From assembly GCA_005884515.1 (NCBI GenBank), contig VAWS01000060.1:1-55779 (forward strand): a stretch of DNA of 55,779 nt, read 5' to 3'. The stretch comes from Actinomycetota bacterium (GTDB lineage: Bacteria > Actinomycetota > AC-67). A model generated the notes under the pieces. It did not search any database. It saw only the letters and a list, made by a program, of their open reading frames with translations, and was not told where the DNA came from. The position numbers were made by a program, and so were the translations under genes. Positions 19,091 through 26,823 of this stretch are shown piece after piece; position 1 is the stretch's first letter, and every line of letters starts with the position of its first letter.

Positions 19091-19787
19091 AGCGTTCGCC
19101 CGAGGCGTAGACGCGTTCGCCTTCATCGCCGAACAGGCGCGCGCTCCCCTTCCCCGCTACCCGACAATGTCCTTCGTCGAGCAGGATCGCTGTGTCTTCG
19201 TCGATCCCGAACACCGCGCACGCGTCCTTGATCTGCTCCACGAGGCCGGGCCCCTCCGCCCAGCGGTCGAAGTGCGGCACGACCGCGTACCCCTGCAGCA
19301 TGCCGAGGCCAGGCATCCAGAGCGTTGGTGTGCCGTGGCCGTCCTCAGGCCGATGCACGAGCGCCCAGTCTCCCAGCGCCATCGCGCCGGCCGACGAACC
19401 GACCAACCACGCGCCTGCTTGGCGCGCGAGCAAGAAGCCACGCCACAACGGCGACCCTTCTAGCGCTTCCAGCAGCCGTGCGGTTTTGCCTCCCGAGATG
19501 TAGAGGAGATCGGCTTGCTCGATCACGCGAACGTTCTCGGGATCTTCGGCGTGCTCTCGTGCGAGCACCATCAAGGCGACGCTGCGCGCGCCCAGCCGCA
19601 CGAAGTGCTCGACACCCCGCAGCGCCCAGTCTTCGGGGTCTTCTCCCGCGGCGGCCGTGGGGAGGACGACGACCGTCGGAGCCGGTCCGATCGATGCGAG
19701 GATCTGGCGATCGATGTCGGTCATCGCCGACGTGAACTCGCCGCTGCCGACGAGGCCGATGCGCGAGTGCTGGATCGTCGGTTCCAT
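19080..19787 (-). CDS. peptidase S51 / class I glutamine amidotransferase-like (cyanophycinase/dipeptidase E-like) protein
   Basis: 235 aa from the internal ATG at 19787. Contains ADLLYISGGKTARL and LVGSSAGAMALG (nucleophile-elbow Ser). ATGA overlap with the upstream gene. Confidence 0.75.
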   Translation of the reverse strand: MEPTIQHSRIGLVGSGEFTSAMTDIDRQILASIGPAPTVVVLPTAAAGEDPEDWALRGVEHFVRLGARSVALMVLAREHAEDPENVRVIEQADLLYISGGKTARLLEALEGSPLWRGFLLARQAGAWLVGSSAGAMALGDWALVHRPEDGHGTPTLWMPGLGMLQGYAVVPHFDRWAEGPGLVEQIKDACAVFGIDEDTAILLDEGHCRVAGKGSARLFGDEGERVYASGERFTL

Positions 19788-20326
19788 CACAGATCTCGCA
19801 TCGCTTCGAGGACTCTCACCCGATCCGTGCCCGTCGCGTCGCGCGCGGCTTCCTTCAGCAGGATGAGCGCCGTATCCGTTCGTTCGGTGTCGGCCAGCGC
19901 GCGGGCGCGCGCGATCTGGGCGTCGATCCACACGCGCCGTGGGACGTCTTCGCGCCGAAGCTCTCCGATGAGGTCGAGCGCGCGCGCCGGCTTCCCCTGG
20001 CGGCGGTAGCTCTCGGCGATGATCGGATCGTGCCGGTGATCGCCCGACAAACGGCGGTACGTAAGGAGCTCTTGGACAGCTTCGTGAAGCTCGTTTAGCT
20101 CGAAGGCGAGGAGCCCGAGCTGCTCGCGCACCCAGGCGGAGCGTGGCGCGACGAGCTTGGCCTTGATCGCAGCCCTGCGCGCTTTGCCTGCGTCGCCTGC
20201 GTCGCGCGCTTGAACGAGCTGCTCTGCAGCCTTGCGCGCTTCGTCGCCCTTCCCGGGGCGCGCGCTGTGCGCAATCGCGTCGGCAAGGCGTCTGGGGATC
20301 ACTGACGGTGCCACGCGCGCGAGCAT
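19787..20326 (-). CDS. hypothetical helical-repeat (TPR-like) protein
   Basis: 179-aa ORF with high GC3 and an Ala/Arg-rich helical-repeat pattern. No specific motif. Confidence 0.55.
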   Translation of the reverse strand: MLARVAPSVIPRRLADAIAHSARPGKGDEARKAAEQLVQARDAGDAGKARRAAIKAKLVAPRSAWVREQLGLLAFELNELHEAVQELLTYRRLSGDHRHDPIIAESYRRQGKPARALDLIGELRREDVPRRVWIDAQIARARALADTERTDTALILLKEAARDATGTDRVRVLEAMRDL

Positions 20327-20345
20327 ACCCGTGCCGGGAAAGGCC

Positions 20346-20371
20346 GAGGCCGGCTCTTGCGAGCCGGCCTC
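20346..20371 (-). terminator. GC-rich 11-bp hairpin 6 nt downstream of 5S rRNA (probable rrn terminator)
   Basis: GAGGCCGGCUC-GCAA-GAGCCGGCCUC on the minus strand, followed by GGCCUUUCCC (only a short U tract). Confidence 0.5.
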
Positions 20372-20377
20372 GAAGAT

Positions 20378-20497
20378 GTCCCGGCGGCGACCTACTCTCC
20401 CACGCAGTCACCCACGCAGTACCATCGGCGCTGGAGGGCTTAACTTCCGGGTTCGGGATGGGACCGGGTGTGACCCCTCCGCTATGGCCACCGAAAC
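20378..20497 (-). rRNA. rrf: 5S ribosomal RNA
   Basis: The minus strand reads GTTTCGGTGGCCATAGCGGAGGGGTCACACCCGGTCCCATCCCGAACCCGGAAGTTAAGCCCTCCAGCGCCGATGGTACTG...GGGAGAGTAGGTCGCCGCCGGGAC, the canonical bacterial 5S sequence. Confidence 0.92.
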
Positions 20498-20543
20498 TCT
20501 ATGTCGGGGATCTCTCCCCGAGGCTTTTCAAGCCTTGAGCAAA

Positions 20544-20560
20544 CCATAGCGAGCGTGAGC
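20544..20560. repeat. 3' arm of the 23S processing stem
   Basis: CCATAGCGAGCGTGAGC (plus strand) is the exact reverse complement of 25154-25170. A 17-bp helix brackets the 23S gene, as in RNase III processing stems. Confidence 0.8.
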
Positions 20561-20692
20561 GAACCAAGGCCTCGGCCTATTAGTACCGGTCGGCTCCACG
20601 TGTTGCCACGCTTCCACCTCCGGCCTATCAACCCGCTAGCCTTGCGGGGGCCTTACCGGATTAACTCCGTGGGAGGCCTCATCTTGGAACGA

Positions 20693-20723
<31 letters not shown>

Positions 20724-20866
20724 TCTTCCGCACATCGCCAACCAGCCGTGCTCTTGGCAGAACAACTGGCACACGAGCGGTGCGTCCGTCCCGGTCCTCT
20801 CGTACTAGGGACAGCCTTCCTCAAGCCTCCTGCGCCCACGGTGGATAGGGACCGAACTGTCTCACG

Positions 20867-21587
20867 CATGTTCATCCCGCATCACTGCGGGCACAGACTA
20901 TACCTTCACCCTCTTTCGAGGGGCCGGCGTGTTATGGAGCGCTGATTTGTCGATGATCGACAGTTGCTCCATCTCTTCGGATAAGCGATCCGAAGAAGTC
21001 GTTACGGGGACCGACACACCCTTGCTACGCAGATGCTGCTCGACATCTGCGGCGAAGATCCGCTTCGATTTCGAATAGTTTAGGGTTGCGAAGGCGTCGA
21101 CCTTGCGCGCGATCTCGAGAAACTCATCCTCTTTCATCCGCGGTCTGATCCGTTCGAGCAGCCTTCGTGCACGCCGCACGTGCTCGCGCTTGAAGATGAC
21201 GAACGGTTCGACCTCGGCGAGGATCTGCTGGAGTACCGGGCGGCTGGTGATCACAAGATCACTCATGCCGGTGCCTCTGTCGCGGATGTAACCAGCGCCG
21301 ATCATCTGTCGGATGTTCTCCAACCCTGACCGTGCCGATGTGCTTTGCGACAAAGACATGCTCGCTCGGATGTAGAACCCGAACTTGTACTCCCGCTGCC
21401 TGACGAGTTGGAAGTGAATGCTTCCATCTCCGTCGAGGAATCCTGCGAGATAGCTTGCTTGTTCCGCCTTCAATGTGTCGGCCTTCCCTCGGTATTGCCT
21501 CACCGTAACGTTCGGTTGTGACAGTGAGGTTCCACCGATATGAGCCGATGGGCATCCAAGGATTGCTCCTTGGAGACGCAGTGATCT
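20867..21587 (-). mobile_element. group I intron at 23S position L2593 (E. coli numbering)
   Basis: The exon breaks after ...GGGTTTAGAACGU and resumes at CGTGAGACAG. The insert ends in G. It has an R-like element, a P8 hairpin (CCCCTCGAAAGAGGG) and an S-like element (GAAGGTATAGTCTGTGCC), and contains a homing-endonuclease ORF. Confidence 0.85.
20898..21503 (-). CDS. LAGLIDADG homing endonuclease, single-motif I-CreI family
   Basis: YLAGFLDGDGSIHFQL...YKFGF...GAGYIRDRGTGMSDLVI...VEPFVIFK...EFLEIARKVDAFATLNYSKSKR aligns block by block with I-CreI. No ATG lies inside the intron; GTG at 21503 is the proposed start. The track ORF extends artefactually into the exon. Confidence 0.8.
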   Translation of the reverse strand: MRQYRGKADTLKAEQASYLAGFLDGDGSIHFQLVRQREYKFGFYIRASMSLSQSTSARSGLENIRQMIGAGYIRDRGTGMSDLVITSRPVLQQILAEVEPFVIFKREHVRRARRLLERIRPRMKEDEFLEIARKVDAFATLNYSKSKRIFAADVEQHLRSKGVSVPVTTSSDRLSEEMEQLSIIDKSALHNTPAPRKRVKV

Positions 21588-21654
21588 ACGTTCTAAACCC
21601 AGCTCGCGTACCGCTTTAACCGGCGAACAGCCGGACCCTTGGGAGCTGCTCCAC

Positions 21655-21692
<38 letters not shown>

Positions 21693-22195
21693 AGGCCGTC
21701 GATGTGGACTCTTGGGCCTGATCAGCCTGTTATCCCCGGGGTACCTTTTAGCCGTTGAGCGACGGCGCTTCCACTTGCCACCGCCGGATCACTAGACCCT
21801 GCTTTCGCATCTGCTCGACGTGTCCGTCTCGCAGTGAAGCTCCCTTGTGCTCTTACACTCGACGCACGATTGCCAACCGTGCTGAGGGAACCTTTGGGCA
21901 CCTCCGTTACTCTTTGGGAGGCAACCGCCCCAGTTAAACTGCCTGCCTGGCGCTGTCCAAGATCCGGATAACGGACCCTTGTTAGACGCCCAGCACTAGA
22001 AGGGTGGTATTTCAAGGTTGGCTCCACGAGGGCCGAAACCCCCGCTTCAAAGCCTCCCACCTATCCTACGCAACCAGAACCGAACACCAACGCCAAACTA
22101 CAGTAAAGGTCCCGGGGTCTTTCCGTCCTACCGTGGGTAGGCCGCATCTTCACAGCCAATGCAATTTCGCCGAGTCTCTGGTCGAGACAGCGCCC

Positions 22196-22228
<33 letters not shown>

Positions 22229-23017
22229 CGTGTGATCCCACTGTTACCAGTGGCACAGACTATGCCTTCATCTCATCTCTTGATGAGAGCCCGCGTGTTG
22301 CCTCAGCCGTAGATTTGCCGAGCGGCATGACTGAGGCCTCTCCCTTTCGGGATCAGTCGTTACGGGGCCATGCCTCTTTGAGGCAGAGGGCTTCCCACGG
22401 CATTACCCGGTGCGATGCACGGAAATCTGTTACCCCCACCTCTTACGAGATGGTGATCCGGTCATTTCTGCCGGACTCCCTATGTCGCCACAGGGTTCGG
22501 ACTATATCTTCAGCTCATCAAGCCGAGCTGCTCGGCGTGCAGTCTCTGAGGGTTCCGCACTACTTCTTCGAGTCGATATCTTCGCTGCTTGCCTCGTTGG
22601 TTCATCGCGAACGCTAACTCCACAATCGTCTGGAAGCCTGCGTCTATGCGATGAGCTTTCCGTTGCATCAACGTTACGATCTCGCGGAATTTCAGGAAGT
22701 CATCCTGCTTCTTTGAGATCAGTGGATATCGATCGAAGAACGGGATGATCACTGACTCCAACTCTTCGCGTCGGTACACCGAGTACGTCATCACGCTGCT
22801 GTTCGGTCCTTTGGCACGGATGTGCCCGTGGCCGAAGAAGTCGCGGATGGCCTCGAGTATCCCGACGTTGTCCCGATGCTGATATGCCTGAAAGCTTGGT
22901 GCGATCAGCCATCGGTTTCCGTATCGGACTGTCATCCACATATGACATCTTCGGTACCGCGAGATACACGGGACTTCCCAGCAAATAGCCGAGTTTTGTA
23001 ACGGCCTCTAAAGGTTG
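22229..23017 (-). mobile_element. composite insertion replacing 23S nt 1924-1951: an L1923-type group I intron (with ORF) plus an L1951-type ORF-less group I intron core
   Basis: The 5' exon ends ...GTAACTATAACGGU, and the IGS GCCGUU 12 nt into the insert can pair with AACGGU. The 3' exon resumes AAGTTCCGACCTGCACGAATGG after a G. Two R-P8-S sets are present: TCAGAGACTGCACG / GCCGAGCAGCTCGGC / AAGATATAGTCC, and CTGAGGCAACACGCGGG / CTCATCAAGAGATGAG / GAAGGCATAGTCTGTGCC. Confidence 0.78.
22510..22941 (-). pseudogene. LAGLIDADG-type (I-CeuI-like) homing endonuclease remnant lacking the LAGLIDADG motif region
   Basis: FQAYQHRDNVGILEAIRDFFGHGHIRAKGPNSS...LESVIIPFFDRYPLISKKQDDFLKFREIVTLMQRKAH...AFAMNQRG matches the post-motif part of LAGLIDADG_1-type enzymes. 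Upstream in-frame sequence back to the TAG at ~23009 has no LAGLIDADG helix. Confidence 0.6.
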
Positions 23018-23962
23018 ACCGTTATAGTTACGGCCGCCGTTTACTGGCGCTTCAGTTCAAAGCTTCGCCCTTGCGGGCTAACCTCTCCCCTTAACGTTCC
23101 AGCACCGGGCAGGTGTCAGTGGGTATACAGCGCCTTACGGCTTCGCACCCACCTGTGTTTTTAGTAAACAGTCGCTTGGGCCTGGTCACTGCGACCGCGG
23201 CCGGCTCGGGGCGAGAAGCCCTTCACCAACCTCGGCACCCCTTCTTCCGAAGTTACGGGGTTAGATTGCCGAGTTCCTTGACCAGAGTTCTCTCGATCGC
23301 CTTAGTATTCTCTACTTGCCCACCTGAGTTGGTTTGGGGTACGGGCACCTTTTCCACTCCCTAGAGGATTTTCTCGGCAGCATAGGATCAGTGGCTTCCA
23401 TCCATTGATGTCGGCGTCACGCCTCAGGATGATGCCGCCGCGGATTTTCCTACGGCGACTCCCTACGCGCTTACCCCGGGACGACCATCGCCCGGGCCCA
23501 CTTACCTTCCTGCGTCTCCCCATCGGTGGCCTAATACTGCGTGGTTCGGTAGTCCCCGAAGGGATTTCCTTAGCAACGCAGGTTCGGCTTTGGCGCGGAA
23601 ACGGTGGTACAGGAATATCAACCTGTTGTCCATCGACTACGTCTTTCGACCTCGCCTTAGGTCCCGACTAACCCTGGGCGGATGAACCTTCCCCAGGAAC
23701 CCTTGGGCATTCGGCGGAGGGGTTCCTCCCCCCTCTTTCGCTACTCATGCCGGCATTCGCTCTTGTCACGCATCCACGGCTGGATTACTCCGCCGCTTCA
23801 CCCGCGTGACGATGCTCCCCTACCGATCCCTTCGCTTGGACCTGTGTTGCACCCAACACAGGCCGGCTTGTGAAGAGATCCCGCAGCTTCGGTGACGTGC
23901 TTGAGCCCCGTTACATTTTCCGCGCCCAACTATTCGACCAGTGAGCTGTTACGCACTCTTTC

Positions 23963-23999
<37 letters not shown>

Positions 24000-25153
24000 A
24001 CACGGTTGGACATCGTTTCCCACTTAGCACGTTCTTAGGGACCTTAGCTGGCGATCTGGGCTGTTTCCCTTTCGACTACGGACCTTATCGCTCGCAGTCT
24101 CACTGCCGTGCTTAGCGTGTCGGTATTCGGAGTTTGCCTGAGTTCAGTAAGCTTGTAGGCCCCCTAGCCCAAACAGTGCTCTACCCCCGACACGGAACAC
24201 ACGACGCTGCACCTAAATGCATTTCGGGGAGAACCAGCTATCACTGAGTTTGATTGGCCTTTCACCCCTATCCACAGCTCATCCGCCCATTTTTCAACAT
24301 GAGTCGGTTCGGTCCTCCACGCGGTCTTACCCGCGCTTCAACCTGGCCATGGATAGATCACTCAGCTTCGGGTCTGCACCACGCGACTAGACGCCCTATT
24401 CAGACTCGGTTTCCCTACGGCTCCGGGACAACCCCTTAACCTCGCCACGTAGCGCAACTCGCCGGCTCATTCTTCAAAAGGCACGCCGTCACTTACCGCA
24501 CTGGTTGCCCAGCACGGTTTGCTCCGACGGTTTGTAGGCACACGGTTTCAGGTGCTATTTCACTCCCCTCCCGGGGTGCTTTTCACCTTTCCCTCACGGT
24601 ACTGGTTCACTATCGGTCGCCAGGTAGTTTTTAGCCTTAGGGGGTGGTCCCCCCAGATTCACGCCGAATTCCACGTGCTCGGCGCTACTTGGGATCCCAC
24701 TCGGGAGGTCAGTTACCTTTCGCCTACGGGGCTGTTACCTCCTATGGCCGGCCTTTCCATGCCGTTCGGCTAGGCGCTGACTTTGTGACTCCCTGGGAGC
24801 ACCAGCGCGCTCCCTGAATGGTCCCACAACACCCACGTGACAACGCCGCTGGGCTATCACGTCACGCAGGTTTGGGCTGTTCCCGTTTCGCTCACCGCTA
24901 CTAAGGGAATCGCGGTTGCTTTCTCTTCCTCGGGGTACTGAGATGTTTCACTTCCCCCGGTTCCCTCAACCTCGCCTATGTGTTCAGCGAGGAGTGACTG
25001 GCCATTACGCCAGCCGGGTTTCCCCATTCGGACACCCCCGGATCAAAGCCTGCTTGGCGGCTCCCCGAGGCTTATCGCAGCCTGCAACGTCCTTCATCGG
25101 CTCCTGGCGCCAAGGCATCCACCGTATGCCCTTCGTACCTTGGCTCTTAAGAT

Positions 25154-25170
25154 GCTCACGCTCGCTATGG
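25154..25170. repeat. 5' arm of the 23S processing stem
   Basis: GCTCACGCTCGCTATGG is the reverse complement of 20544-20560. On the minus strand it is preceded by CACCTTGAGAATTCC, which resembles the TTTGAGAAC leader box seen upstream of actinobacterial 23S genes. Confidence 0.8.
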
Positions 25171-25219
25171 AATTCTCAAGGTGCTGGAGCCTTGCGTGAT
25201 GCGACTCGGTTCTCGGCCC

Positions 25220-25249
25220 AAAAAAATGCCGGTGACCTCCCGGTCACCG
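25220..25249 (-). terminator. strong intrinsic terminator between tyrS and 23S
   Basis: Minus-strand RNA is CGGUGACC-GGGA-GGUCACCG (8 GC-rich bp), then GCA and U7. Confidence 0.75.
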
Positions 25250-25361
25250 ACAGCCTCCCGCGGCGCGCGCGGTCCTAGCGGCTGTCCTTTCGTGGGCTTC
25301 GAACTGAGATTCGCACCAAGTGGTGACTCCTCGCGCCGTGGACGAACGCCACGGACACGGT
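25222..25361 (-). ncRNA. putative ~140-nt structured RNA (independent sRNA or attenuator-type leader of the 23S-5S operon)
   Basis: Bounded by a consensus promoter and an intrinsic terminator. Contains hairpins CCGUGG-N7-CCACGG and ACAGCC...GGCUGU. An upstream GUCACC copy could compete with the terminator 3' arm. No ORF. Confidence 0.35.
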
Positions 25362-25366
25362 TGCGT

Positions 25367-25395
25367 ATGCTACGACTCGCTCACAGGGGTGTCAA
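25367..25395 (-). promoter_or_regulatory. sigma-70/SigA-type promoter: TTGACA, 17-nt spacer, TAGCAT
   Basis: Read on the minus strand: -35 at 25395-25390, -10 at 25372-25367. It begins 47 nt after the tyrS stop. Confidence 0.6.
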
Positions 25396-25441
25396 CCGAG
25401 ACGGAGCGCCGCACGCTCCCGCTGACCTGCAGAAAGACCCC

Positions 25442-26707
25442 TCAACGGGCGAAGCGTAACAGGGCGAAACGGTTCTTCCCGGCGCGCAGGACGGCCACCG
25501 TTTCCGACGCCAGATCGCCCAGGCCCACCGGCCGCTCGGCATCGTCGATCCGGCGGTTCCCGATGGACGCGCCGCCGCCTTCGATCAGGCGCCTGGCCTC
25601 GCTCTTGCTCTTCGCCAACCCGGCCTCGGTCAACGCCTCTCCCGCGGTGATCGCGCCGAGCCGTGCGCGCGGCAGATCCTTCGAGGGGACGTCGGCGAAG
25701 ATCTCGAGCAGCTCGGTCTCGGTCAGGCCGTCGAGGTCGCCCCCGAACAGCGCCGCGCTCGCCCGTTCGGCCGCGCGCAGGCCGTCTTCCCCGTGGACGA
25801 GCAGCGTGAGCTCGCGGGCGAGCCGCCGCTGCGCCTCCCGTTTCTGGGGCGCGCGCGCAACGTCGGCCTCCAGCGCCTCGATCTCCTCGCGGGGAAGCTC
25901 GGTGAAGAACCGGAGGAACGGACCGGCGTCGGCGTCGGGCACGTTCACGAACCACTGATAGAAGGCGTACGGGCTGGTGCGCGCCGGGTCGAGCCAGACG
26001 GCTCCCTCCGCGGTCTTGCCCATCTTGACCCCGTCGCTTCGGGTCACCAACGGCCAGGTCAGGCCGAAGAGCTGGACGCCGTGCATCCTGCGGCCGAGGT
26101 CCACCCCCACCGAGATGTTGCCGAACTGATCCGAGCCCCCCACCTGGAGCTCGCACCCGGCGGTCTCGTGCAGGTGAACGAAGTCGTACGCCTGCATGAG
26201 CATGTAGCTGAACTCGGTGTAGCTGATCCCGGCCCTGCTCTCGAGGCGCGCGCGCACCGATTCCTTCGCGAGCATGGCATTGACCGAGAAGTGCTTGCCG
26301 ACGTCCCGCAAGAACTCGATATAGCCGAGCGCGCCGAGCCAGTCGGCGTTGTTGACGAGCGACGCGCCGGCGTCGAAGTCGAGGAACCGCGCGATCTGCG
26401 CCCGGATCGACGCTACGTTTTCGGCCAGCTCGCTTTCGGAAAGGAGGTTGCGCTCCTCGCTCTTGCCCGACGGGTCGCCGATCATGCCGGTGCCCCCGCC
26501 GGCGACGGCGATCGGGTGGTGCCCCGCCTTCTGGAACCGCCGCAACGTCGTCAGCCCGACGAGATTTCCGATGTGCAGGGACGGGGCGCTCGGATCGAAG
26601 CCGCAGTAGAGCGTGATCGGGCCGTCCCGCAGCCGGGCCGGCAGCGCGTCCTCCCCGGTCCATTGGTAGGCAAGGCCGCGCCAGAGCAGCTCGTCGAACA
26701 GGTCCAT
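25442..26707 (-). CDS. tyrS: tyrosine--tRNA ligase
   Basis: 421 aa with PSLHIGNLV (HIGH), GVKMGKT (KMSKS) and a C-terminal S4-like domain. Confidence 0.93.
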   Translation of the reverse strand: MDLFDELLWRGLAYQWTGEDALPARLRDGPITLYCGFDPSAPSLHIGNLVGLTTLRRFQKAGHHPIAVAGGGTGMIGDPSGKSEERNLLSESELAENVASIRAQIARFLDFDAGASLVNNADWLGALGYIEFLRDVGKHFSVNAMLAKESVRARLESRAGISYTEFSYMLMQAYDFVHLHETAGCELQVGGSDQFGNISVGVDLGRRMHGVQLFGLTWPLVTRSDGVKMGKTAEGAVWLDPARTSPYAFYQWFVNVPDADAGPFLRFFTELPREEIEALEADVARAPQKREAQRRLARELTLLVHGEDGLRAAERASAALFGGDLDGLTETELLEIFADVPSKDLPRARLGAITAGEALTEAGLAKSKSEARRLIEGGGASIGNRRIDDAERPVGLGDLASETVAVLRAGKNRFALLRFAR

Positions 26708-26823
26708 CCCGAGCGGCAGCGTATCAGCGGGTGGGTGGCGTTTCGGCGACCGAGGCGACCCTCTCTCCGGTTACGTGTCGTTCCCGGTACCATGGACGAA
26801 CGCCCCTGCAAACGGACCTGTTG

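Noticed and set aside
20185-20210. 9-nt tandem repeat (gcctgcgtc x2) in the TPR-like gene.
   Set aside because: It is in frame (DAGDAG) and is trivial slippage-type low complexity.
25285-25320. tRNA-like T-arm string (GGCTTCGAAC / TTCGAAGCC).
   Set aside because: No acceptor stem, anticodon arm or D-arm can be drawn on either strand.
25222-25361. Possible SRP (4.5S) RNA, because of GUGCGAAUCUCAG...GAAAGGACAGCC.
   Set aside because: The invariant domain IV core (GGUCC-GGAA-GGAAGCAGCC) is not present and the terminal helix does not form, so the resemblance is superficial. I kept it only as an unclassified RNA.
26708-26823. Possible T-box leader for tyrS.
   Set aside because: The 116-nt divergent spacer is too short, and I see no T-box sequence (AGGGUGGNACCGCG-like) or specifier hairpin.
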